DNA of 62,986 nucleotides, the filler included, from Dugesia japonica (lineage: Eukaryota): assembly GCA_001938525.1 (NCBI GenBank). It is 5 parts of 5 records of this genome, joined end to end, with 100 filler letters (N's around TTAATTAATTAA, not from the genome) between each part and the next. Parts side by side here need not be neighbours in the genome. Positions count along the whole stretch, not along the records: positions 52,533 to 62,986 come from MQRL01621425.1; 4 more parts are not named here. One strand, given 5' to 3'. Positions 52,433 through 62,986 of this stretch are shown one piece after another. Each line of letters starts with the position of its first letter. Positions within the stretch are counted from its first letter, which is position 1. The translations under genes and the position numbers were made by a program. The notes under the pieces are model-generated. The model searched no databases and was not told where the DNA came from. It saw nothing but the letters and a program-made list of their open reading frames with translations.

Positions 52433-52532
52433 NNNNNNNNNNNNNNNNNNNNNNNNNNNNNNNNNNNNNNNNNNNNTTAATTAATTAANNNNNNNNNNNN
52501 NNNNNNNNNNNNNNNNNNNNNNNNNNNNNNNN
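52433..52532. other. Artificial scaffold-concatenation spacer
   Basis: 44N-TTAATTAATTAA-44N. Confidence 0.9.
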
Positions 52533-52762
52533 TAATCTATTCAAGATTTATGTTTATAATAGTAATAATTTTTGAATTAATTTATTTTTATTTAATTTTA
52601 ATTGGTTGATTTTAATTCTTATTCTTATTTTAAATTTAATTATTTAATTTAATTATTGTAAATTATATTTATTTTAAGATTGTCTTCTTTGATTAGTATT
52701 TCTTCATGTTTTTTTCTATGTAGTGTAGAAAAAAAATTTCTATAAAAAATTCTTAAAAATGT

Positions 52763-52798
52763 CAATTCCTGACGAAGACAAATTCGAAATATTGAATC
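52763..52798 (+). ncRNA. Minimal type I hammerhead ribozyme motif (left arm of inverted pair)
   Basis: caattc-CTGACGA-A-gac aaa ttc-GAAA-ta-tt-gaat; core intact, one mismatch in stem II. Confidence 0.65.
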
Positions 52799-53253
52799 TC
52801 AAAATACAAGAAAAAATTTTGATCGAAGCTTTTATTATTTTAAATGAATTAATATATTTTATCTCAATATATTTTGTAACAATATATTTTGTCCGAAATA
52901 TTTTGTCATGGTACCGATCTGTTAAGCAGAGTATATTGTACAGTGTCAGACAACACACGAAGACGCGATGAAAGTGAAATTAAAGAGAAGAATACTAAAG
53001 GAGAACAATAAAATAGTCAAAGCAAGGTTTATAGGCAAACAAGTATCAAGAGATTTGAGGAAGAAAGTATGCTTGAGATGGAGCAAAAAAAATGTTCGTA
53101 ATCATGATCATTTTAATTAACAATTTTAAGGAGCAACATAGATCATGTAATTTATAAATTTCAGTATTTATTCCTCCATAATTTTATAACTTACATCTAT
53201 AATTTAAAATAAAAGCTTCGATCAAAATTTTTTTATTATTTGATATTTGATAA

Positions 53254-53290
53254 CAATTCGATATTTCGACTTAGTCTTCTTCAGGAATTG
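53254..53290 (-). ncRNA. Intact minimal type I hammerhead ribozyme (Penelope type)
   Basis: CAAUUC-CUGAAGA-A-GAC UAA GUC-GAAA-UA-UC-GAAUUG: 6-bp stem I, 3-bp stem II, complete CUGANGA/GAAA core, palindromic AUAU stem III, AUC cleavage triplet. Confidence 0.8.
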
Positions 53291-54170
53291 ACTTTTTTAA
53301 AATTTAAATAAATTTAAATTATACATCTATAATTTCCATATAATTATAAATCAATTCAGAAAAGATGTTTCTTTTAAACGCAAAAAAATAGGAATAATTG
53401 GGAAATCAGATGATATTTACTTATTCGTCAATCATGAAAATATTAATTTTCATGATTCCAAAAAAAATTTTCCCTGGTGGTATATTAATTTGTTCTTATT
53501 TAAATCCTAGAGCAAGGAAGATAGTATAAATTTTAAAAAATTTAAAAGAATTAAGTTACCCAAAAATAAAATATTTGATCGTTTAAAACTTAAAGAAATT
53601 TATCTTTATGAATTCTTGGATTCACATCGAAATATGCCATAAATTAAATAATAACTAAAGAAAAGTTTTATATTTCTCTAACAAGCGAATATATTATGAA
53701 AGATTTAAAACAGGATATAAAATAATGAATTGTTCTAATTTATTGAATTACATTTTNNATATAACATTAAATATGTTTTGATTCTAAATATTGAGTTAAG
53801 TATTATTATTCAATAAATGAATTAGATTCAGTTTATTTCTTTTATTTTTCATCTTTAATTTGGTAATTATGTCTTTAAAGCACGTGAATTACATTAAGAT
53901 TCATGACTAACAATCATTTGAATTCTTTGAGAACGAAATATGTCAAAAATAACAATAAATATATTAATGATAACTTTGATTTATATAAATAGTTCGATTA
54001 ATTAAAATTTAATAATATTCTTCAATGGAAAGTACTTAAAAACCAATTTTTTCCTTTATCTAGANNNNNNNNNNNNNNNNNNNGGAAGTATGACTCAATC
54101 AATACAAAATATGGATTTTCAAATAAAATACTATGTAAATTTATTTAAAGAATATTAAAAAATCAATTAA

Positions 54171-54706
54171 CTTGAAAAGGGCTAAGAATTCCGAACAAAG
54201 TATGTTTAAGTTGATTTAAACTATAAAGATGGAAAAGCTGGCCAAAAGCATTTCAAATATTCATTAGGTTCTATGAAAAAATCAAGTGCTTAGGATAAAA
54301 TAAGCGATTATCAGATATTAAAACTTTGCATTCCCACAAAAATATAACCACATTTTAAATTTTAAACCATTAGGGATTTTACTTAGATATTGTATTGAAA
54401 ATATAATCNNNNNNNNNNNNNNNNNNNNNNNNNNNNNNNNNNNNNNNNNNNNNNNNNNTTGAAAAGGGCTAAGAATTCCGAACAAAGTATGTTTAAGTTG
54501 ATTTAAATTATAAAGATGGAAAAGCTGGCCAAAAGCATTTCAAATATTCATTAGTTTCTATGAAAAAATCAAGTGCTTAGGATAAAATAAGCGATTATCA
54601 GATATTAAAACTTTGCATTCCCAATTTAAAAACACAAAAATATAACCACATTTTAAATTTTAAACCATTAGGGATTTTACTTAGATATTGTATTGAAAAT
54701 ATAATC
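54171..54706. repeat. ~240-bp direct duplication across an N gap (probable assembly overlap / allelic haplotigs)
   Basis: 54172-54408 is repeated at 54459-54706 with a few SNPs and a 10-bp indel. Confidence 0.8.
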
Positions 54707-55699
54707 TCTCGCAAAATTCAGGGAAACACAGTGGTTGAAATCATAAATTAATATAAAATTTTAGAATATCATAAATTTTTAAGAATTAGTTTTCAAGCCC
54801 CTATGCGAATGCACGTGTTACACATACATTGCATATATCAGCGCCAATAGAAATCAATTATTGTATATTATCATTTAGCTTCAATTGAAGCTACTATTCT
54901 GATATTAAAATTCAATATTAACTACAAATTTATTAATTAATAAAATTATTTCGTTTTTTTAATTAAAAAACAAGATATAAAAAAAATTATAAAAATATTA
55001 AAAATCTACATTAGTTTTGAAATTTGTATATTTTTTCTGTTTTTCCGTAATGAAAGGAGCCACATTCTGAAAATTTATTTCAGGTTTCAATTTGTAATTA
55101 TCGGTACTTAAAGAGTTGACAGTATCTACTGTACTTTCGACAATAAGATCCGAATTCAAGGAATTTATAAAACTACCATTTTCAGAAATTATTGATTGCG
55201 AATCAGAGTTTGATTTTGTTTCGGATGAGCTATCTACAAAATATAAACGATAATATCTTAAATAAGAAAATTTAAATGTACAAATAAATTATTACAGGTA
55301 TTTGTTTTTTTAATGACAGAAAAAAATTTAAATATGTAACAGCAAAAAAGATAGTAACCAAATTAAAACTTAAAATTAATATGGTGGACCAATCAAAATA
55401 GAAATAAAACAATTGATATTTTAATAAATCAAGATGCTGAGTTCCAAAAAAACAATTCAAACAAATACTGCATAAACAATACAAACATCTAACAATCAGT
55501 ATCTATATTCAAATATACGACATAATTATTTCTGACCATAAATCAGCATATGAAATGTTCGAGTCTTGATTGACTCCCATCTTAAATAATACGTTCTCTC
55601 AATTGCACCTGAGAGATTATGCTGTTCACCCGGAAAATATTAACATTAGAATTCTCCCCGAGCAATATTATTATTAACTGATCAAACCAACCTATTAAC

Positions 55700-55765
<66 letters not shown>

Positions 55766-55867
55766 NNNNNNNNNNNNNNNNNNNNNNNNNNNNNNNNNNN
55801 NNNNNNNNNNNNNNNNNNNNNNNNNNNNNNNNNNNNNNNNNNNNNNNNNNNNNNNNNNNNNNNNNNN

Positions 55868-57393
55868 TCTACCCCGAATTTGGTTTCATTATAAAATATT
55901 ATGGTTTCAGGCAGTTTTTTATTGTCTTTTTCAATATTCACTGAGTTATGTTTCGTACTCAGTAGTAGTACTTTTTGCGTTGGCTTTTATATACTGTCAA
56001 AGTGCAATTATCTGTTTTATAAATTTCAGATGAAAATCGAGATAAATTATCTTTTTTTTGGCCAGTTTCGGCTATTCTCTTTTATTTGCACGAATTGTTT
56101 CAACCAACGTAGTCCGTTTTTCCAATAATTTTGATGCCAGTGATTTGCTAGTCAAAAAATTATCAGTGGTTACATTTCTTCCAGCACCGGTAAATTGTTC
56201 AATTAATTTCAGGACGACAAACGCACTCAAAGGAATTGATGACTGTCTTGTTTCGTTCATTCCCAAATACGGAATCCATTTATTATAAATTTATTTTGGA
56301 GATCAGATATCCACAATAATTTTATTCCGAACTTATAAGGTTTGTTCAGCATATACTGCGTAAATCGGCATCTCGCTTTGCTTGGGAATAGTTGTTCGTC
56401 AATTGCTTGACGGTCATTCTCATCGGAAGATGACGACAATCTCAAAAGTCTTCTTGGTCTACTATTCAAGATGTTCTTTTCTTCACTATTACTGTCTGAG
56501 GAAACACACATTTCTTCTTCTGATTGATCCTCTGAAATATCTGCTGGTTCAATTTCAGGATCAAAATCATCTTGGTCGATATCCGAAAGATCTTTTCTTA
56601 TATTTTCATGTCCTCTAAAATTCTAGGTATTTTCGCACGTCTCGGCATTTTTAGGGTAAAGTTTCAAAACTGGATAAAAAAATTCTAAATATATTTTCAC
56701 TTATTATAATAAAAATATTCACACTTAATTTACATTGCAAGCTACAATAATTGTAAATTGAAAGAAATATATTCAATTGTCCACAATATTGTAAGTATTT
56801 CAACTTCCCTTATTTAAACCGTATACAACAACTGTCAATGACAAAAACTGATATGAAAACAATAACTAGAAAATGACTGAATACTGTACTGAGTGAGTAG
56901 TGTATTTCAACTGTAAGCGACAATTACCAATAAGAAAATAAAAATGCATTAAAAAACATTACAAAATTCTGAAAATTTTGGAAAACCCAGTGATTTCAAA
57001 ACAGTAGTTTTTCCNNNNNNNNNNNNNNNNNNNNNNNNNNNNNNNNNNNNNNNNNNNNNNNNNNNNNNNNNNNNNNNNNNNNNNNNNNNNNNNNNNNNNN
57101 NNNNNNNNNNNNNNNNNNNNNNNNNNNNNNNNNNNNNNNNNNNNTATCAAAAAAATGGAAGTGGAAAATCAAAATAATTTATAATATTATTAAATACACC
57201 AATACCTCACTTTGCGTTGCAGATAGGTTCCAAAAAAACACGACGCAAAGTGAAACAACACAAAGTGAGGTATTAGTGTACATGAATTTAGAAAAAGTCA
57301 TAACATTATTTAAAATATTAAATAAAATTTCAAGACAAAATCTTGTGAACAATTGATACAACCGGTCATTTTGACCGGTCGATAGTTCTAGTG
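55868..57393 (-). mobile_element. Second piggyBac family relic (internally deleted) with one intact end
   Basis: AIDEQLFPSKARCRFTQYMLNKPYKFGIK, VTTDNFLTS, FYNETKFGV; terminus TTAA-CACTAGAACTATCGACCGGTCAAAATGACCGGT (57397-57361). Confidence 0.85.
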
Positions 57394-58399
57394 TTAAAAC
57401 GTGTGAAAGTAAACAATGAAATATATATAAGTTAAGAATTTGTATATGAAATCGTATTATTAAAATGTTTTTTATGACGTGAGTTTTTACAACTTAAGGT
57501 AAACTGTGAAATTTCACACCTTTGAAATGAACTTTCACAACCTAACCTTTATATTTATTAATGAAAATGATGAGTCTCATATTATTTTTAAATGTGAAGA
57601 ATTTTACTATTTAATCATGACATTTTAAACATTGTTTTACAATTGCAATTATTTCGAGAATAATTGTTGTATATAACCATTGATCGTTTTATNNNNNNNN
57701 NNNNNNNNNNNNNNNNNNNNNNNNNNNNNNNNNNNNNNNNNNNNNNNNNNNNNNNNNNNNNNNNNNNNNNNNNNNNNNNNNNNNNNNNNNNNNNNNNNNN
57801 NNNNNNNNNNNNNNNNNNNNNNNNNNNNNNNNNNNNNNNNNNNNNNNNNNNNNNNNNNNNNNNNNNNNNNNNNNNNNNATATGATTTATATTTTTATACC
57901 ATTATTTTTCAAATAATATTTTAATTACTATTTATTATTATCATTTTTATTACTCTAAATTTTTAAATACGATTATTAAAACTATGAAATACTTATTTTG
58001 ATTATTATTTCAATTCAAGATTTTAAATAAGAATAAAGATATTATAAATATTGTAAATTTATTATTTATAATTATCTTAAAAATTATTTTTACATTAACA
58101 TAGTAATAATATCATAAATATCATTATTTCTTTAAAGATATTATAACAAAAATTTATTATTTACAGTTTTTTTTAATGTATTTATTAACACCTATTAAAT
58201 GATAATTTTTTTATCAATAAATATATAAAGGCAATAAAAAAACAAATGTGATAAAAAAATTTTATTTACAATCAAATATCACAAAATAAAAAAAATCACC
58301 AATAAAAAATGTCAAATTTTCTTAATCTGCTTCGCTTCTTTCGTAGAATTTCTGATTGAATACAAAAAAACAACGATTATTTATTTAATTTCATTTCAT

Positions 58400-59520
58400 T
58401 TATAGTTTCATAATGGCCATAGGCCAAACTGTTATTCTTTTTACTCCAAAACCGCTTGTCATCTAAACATGACAACACGCGTTTTTGCTCTCGATTGTGA
58501 ATATCTGGTGATTAATTGATCAAAAGCTTGATTGTCCAACACTCTTGGATTCTCCTCCGTTATATACATCTAGATAATTTTGATGTTGAATATCGTTTTG
58601 GTTCAAGTTTATACCTTTCGTTTTCATTGATTTTGTGTTATCTTTTTTCTTCATGCTGTAATATTTCGGTCTTATCAACTCAGAATATTCTTCTCCTTGA
58701 CCTTCATCTTTGAATAGACCGATCTTGTTGACCACTTTACCGATCTTTTTGATAATAAAAATCTTTTGATAATAATTATCCAGCAGACAATCCGATTTCA
58801 TTTCTGACAAAAGCCGGTTTTTGTCTACTCCAGTGCATGAGAGAAAAAAGCTGTCTGTATAATCAGCAATAACATCAATTCTACAATTGAACCGCTGGCG
58901 ATATGAATCTAATTCTTCACATTGCAGTTGATACATTTTTAAATTACTGAGATCCAACACCACTTGACCGATATAACTAGGTCTATCTAGACATATACTA
59001 TATTTATCCAACAAGACAGCTTTCAGGGCCTCTGCGACATCCAACGTTTCCTTAAATGTTATTTTACTTGTATGTTACAAATTTTTTTATCATTATTGCA
59101 AAACCTCAGATTCGTGCGCTTCTTCAAATTTTCCACCGTTTTGCCATAGATCGCATTGTTTAATAACTTAAAAACAATTTTCTCAAACTTTTTACTTAAT
59201 GCTGCTTTCCTTGCTGAATTGGTTTGAATATAATTTGCAAAGATTTCCGATTCTTAAAATTTGACTATTCCATGAACAGCAGTTACATGAGCTCCCAATT
59301 TTACCTACAAATCTAAAAATTTCTATTATACAAGGTAATGACGTTTCGGTTCATCTGTCATTAGTAGCTTCTTTACTTTTGATTCTGGTGGGCACTTATG
59401 TTCTGGAGCCAATGGTAATTGATCTAGCCTATCATGATGTTCGATAGATATTTCAAAATCAACTTCTAATAAATATCCAATATCATTAATACTGTCACCT
59501 GACAAATTGTTCTCATACAT
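58400..59520 (-). mobile_element. Polinton/Maverick-type DNA polymerase B relic (palm to C-terminus)
   Basis: GYLLEVD...HDRLDQLPLAPE, KLLNNAIYGKTVEN, YIGQVVLDLS, YTDSFF, IGLFKDE, LSCLDDKRF. Confidence 0.85.
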
Positions 59521-60129
59521 ATATATCTACAAGGAGCGTGTTATCTTAACATTTTTATATTCTAAAATACTAGTTCCACGATTTATATAATATGAGCGTT
59601 ATCCATAGGAAATACGGTAATGAAAAGTTTACTTCTAAACTTCTAAACTTTTGAAACATGAATTAGAATTTAATACCTTCTTATAATTAAAATTCATTTA
59701 TTTTTGTAATTTAGATTCTATATCTAAGGTATTATGACAAAAAAAGAAGTATGGCCAAACACAAGAATACTTTATAAAATTTTAATTTTTGTTGACAATA
59801 AAAACTGATAATTTGTGATTTTATAGAACTAAGATCTATTTTTAAGTTATAATTTTTGAAAATTATGTAAAATAATTGCTTTGAAAATTAGGTTAATAAA
59901 GTTTTTGCAATATAAAATAAAGCTATCTAATTCTTTTTAAAAAATACATTGCATTATAATAACNNNNNNNNNNNNNNAAAAAATTTATTATGTAACACTG
60001 TCACTAGCTCATTCTTATCTAAAATTGAATGATAGAATATGAAATAGTGTGTGAGTTTTATATTTTATCAGCACTAATAGTTGACAACTTATGTTGTAAT
60101 TAAAAATCAATACATAAATATATAATTAC

Positions 60130-61324
60130 CAAATATTCCTGATGATGCCGTAATCGGGTTAATTGTTATAACTTTTAAAGTTAAGCAATCGCCGGAAGTC
60201 TGAATTATTTTAACTACACTTTCATGAGACATTTCATGTACATCAATACCGTTTACCTACAATAACATAAAAAAATATTTTTGATTTTTAGTATCTAACT
60301 TCCAACAAATAATCTCCTATTAATAACCCAGCTTGAAAAGCAGGGCTGTTTTCTGCAATACACTCAAAATATTGAGAAGCTGAACCATGTGCTTTAGATA
60401 TAATCTCAGATTCATCTACAATTAACAAAAAATTAAAAATGCATAATAAAAATAATAAAATTACTTTTGAAACCTTTGATAACAAATCCGAAACCGCAAG
60501 ATCCTTTTTGTAAAATTGCCATTCTAGGAATATTTTCAAGCTTATGACTCCTTAAATAAATAATTTATTTGAAATATGTCCAATATTAATAAAAAATTAC
60601 ATTACTAAAGCTATTGGAGTTCTAGCTTTAACATCTGATTTTATATTGAAAGCTAAATTTTGAAATATATAATAACATATATCATAAATAATGCTTAAGT
60701 ATAAATTTAGTAATTTATAAAAAGAAAAGTTATTAAACAATTTTGAATACATGAAGTTGATTCTGACTTCATGGAAACATTAGTAAAATGTTGTAGAAAT
60801 TGTCTATCAGCTGATTGAGAAATGTACGTGGTAGCTTTACTTATATCTGATGAATTTGTATTATCATCACCTCTTGAATTGATGCTTTGACTTTTAGAGT
60901 CCAAATATCTACCATCGTCAATTTGATCATCTAATTTACTAGAACTCGAAAATCTCTTTGATAAAGGAAATATGCTTCTTCTTTTATCATTGAACTTTGG
61001 TAAGGTGGTAACAGGAACTTTATTATTTTAATAAATACTCATTTTAAAAATAAAAACCATACCGACGTCTTCATCTTTAAAATTTTGAATTAAGTCTGCA
61101 ATTTCTAAATTATTTGACAATAAAGCTGTTTGATAAGCTGATTTGTTTTCGAAATCTAGAGCGTGCCGAGTGATACCTCTATAAAGAAGTAATCTGGCAC
61201 AGGAGCCTTGATTATGCAGAGCACATATATGCAATGCAGTACTACCCTTATTTGTTTTGGAATCTATATCAGCACCATAAGTTAAAAGATGATCTAAATG
61301 ATTTGTTCTGCCATATAGACATGC
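60130..61324 (-). CDS. SHANK: Shank/Prosap scaffold protein, internal exons: 61324-61063, 61017-~60750, 60652-60601, 60550-60465, 60415-60300, 60256-60130
   Basis: ACLYGRTNHLDHLLTYGAD...GSTALHICALHNQGSCARLLLYRG...DV/VP matches the Shank ankyrin repeats. PDZ: AILQKGSCGFGFVIKG / QYFECIAENSPAFQAGLLIGDYLLE / VNGIDV...HESVVKII...LKVI. Introns are GT-AG with compatible phases. Confidence 0.88.
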
Positions 61325-61987
61325 CTAAAATTATGTTACATTTTAAAAGAATTTTCAACATAAAAAATTATAAAATAATAAAATTTCAAATCAAATCACT
61401 TATTAATTTTGCCTCAGACGCATGTTGATCGATAACTTTTACAATATTGAAGTGTCAGTCCTGCAAAGATTAACAATTTATCACCTATTTTATCCATAAT
61501 CTTTGCATANNNNNNNNNNNNATTATTTCTCAGAATAACCAGGCTTAAATACAAATATTCGAAAACATTCTGGATATAGCTAATAATTTTGCTAAAGACA
61601 AAATTCATTTAAAATAAATCAATTCCAGCTAAGCGACAGACTAAAAAATAAAGCAACTTATTAACAGAAATGTAAAAACATCAAACAAACGCGTTTAAAT
61701 GTGAAGTGTAAAATAATATTAAAGTTTTGTACACTGATTAAATATTTTCTAAAAAGTAACGAATCAACCAGTNNNNNNNNNNNNNNNNNNNNNNNNNNNN
61801 NNNNNNNNNNNNNNNNNNNNNNNNNNNNNNNNNNNNNNNNNNNNNNNNNNNNNNNNNNNNNNNNNNNNNNNNNNNNNNNNNNNNNNNNNNNNNNNNNNNN
61901 NNNNNNNNNNNNNNNNNNNNNNNNNNNNNNNNNNNNNNNNNNNNNNNNNNNNNNNNNNNNNNNNNNNNNNNNNNNNNNNNNNNNNNN

Positions 61988-62100
61988 ATTTTAATATTCA
62001 TTTTGTGTTCTGATTTATTAATAAATTTAGTGTTTTTACCATAAATTGTAAAATGGTGACCACTTCTTGAGAAAGAGGTCACTTTTGAGAGGTTCTACTG
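61988..62100. mobile_element. Right end of a second copy of the 1504-1912 MITE
   Basis: Near-identical to 1782-1912, ending GAGAGGTTCTACTG-TA. Confidence 0.85.
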
Positions 62101-62740
62101 TATATAACTAGTTTATGACTTTAGTTGGTAAAATTTAAATATATAAAATAAATAAATTAAATATATTATTAAATAAGGAAAGGAAAAGGAAATTTTAAAT
62201 TTATAAACTTTTGATAAATTTACAAATTTGTAATTTACAGTGAATATTTAAAAGTTACAATTCCGTAGACATAAATAATATATATTTTTGAAAATATTAA
62301 ACATCTGATATAAATTTAATTTTCTTTAAATCATATTGTTATTGTATTTTGAAATTTTATTTAAAAATATTTTTATGAACNAATATTTTTTATTTTCAGT
62401 CTCCTTTATAAATTTTTTAAGTTTGTTTGAAAAAACAAATTTGTATGTTGTATTTTTGAGTTGTCCTGTATTTGAAAAAATTTTGGAATGAAAAGTGTTG
62501 ATTTTTTAAATGCATCGATGAGTACTACAAACCCATCTAACAAAACCAATATTTATTTTTATTACAAAAAATAATTTCAAAATCACATTTCTTAAAATTT
62601 ATAAATGATAATTTATTAATGATAAACAGGATGCTTTTCTTCAAATATTGTAATTTAAAAAGAATTATTTAAATATTACGATTGAGATAAAACACAAGTT
62701 TTGAANTATTGTTCTAAATAAATATTTGTTAATTAATTTT

Positions 62741-62765
62741 GTAACATGGCGTCACGAGCCGGGTT
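62741..62765 (+). mobile_element. Possible LTR 3' end (..AACA) plus tRNA primer-binding site TGGCGTCACGAG
   Basis: CA immediately followed by a TGG-initiated GC-rich tract, the Gypsy LTR/PBS arrangement; no partner LTR is visible. Confidence 0.3.
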
Positions 62766-62986
62766 TAATAAAATTTTAACAAATGTTTTAAACATAGTTC
62801 ATAAACTGTCAAATTTTCATATCAGAATTGATAGTTCTTTATATATAAAGTAATTCTTTCACGATTAGTTTGCGTGCGCAAATTATTCGTTTGAAGCCAA
62901 TTTTCTTTAAAATAAAAAGTTGTGCATAATTATTTGAATAATTTGCGCGCTTAAATACTTGACATATTGAAAAAAGTTTTTATGTC

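Noticed and set aside
54171-54706. Apparent tandem duplication
   Set aside because: It brackets an N gap; most likely an unmerged contig overlap or two alleles.
60288-60539. 83-aa ORF as an independent gene
   Set aside because: It is a chimera of an out-of-frame Shank exon, an intron and an in-frame PDZ exon.
7447-62082. Long ORFs containing X runs or poly-I/L/Y tracts
   Set aside because: They are read-through of N gaps and (AAT)n microsatellites, not proteins.
1-62986. CRISPR arrays, tRNA/rRNA genes, prokaryotic operons
   Set aside because: No repeat-spacer periodicity or cloverleaf/rRNA signatures seen; the sequence is intron-containing eukaryotic DNA.

Overview
Very AT-rich animal genomic DNA with spliceosomal GT-AG introns (many only 44-76 bp), (AAT/ATT)n microsatellites and dense transposon decay. 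This looks like a triclad flatworm-type draft assembly (inference). The window is not one locus: four 100-nt spacers (44N-TTAATTAATTAA-44N at 11631, 26938, 44068, 52433) join five probably unrelated scaffolds. Host genes I can reconstruct: (1) a complete 5-exon, 357-aa type II pantothenate-kinase-like gene (minus, 7274-2097) with degenerate catalytic motifs, plus the orphan last exon of a tandem paralog (10961-10791); (2) the first two coding exons of an ARID3/dead ringer (retained/Bright) transcription factor (31135-31833, 40450-40522); (3) six exons of a Shank/Prosap scaffold gene (ankyrin repeats + PDZ, no visible SH3; minus, 61324-60130). The rest is mobile DNA: a full-length piggyBac with TTAA duplications, Tc1, mariner, pogo and hAT relics, a MITE in two copies, Ty3/Gypsy, NeSL/R2-type and Penelope retroelements, and two Polinton/Maverick-type PolB fragments. 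The most striking hidden layer is a dispersed set of about 7 minimal type I hammerhead ribozyme motifs of the Penelope type. One is structurally perfect (53254-53290, minus) and forms a convergent inverted pair. Penelope/hammerhead ends also sit next to (ATT)n microsatellites with a consistent polarity.
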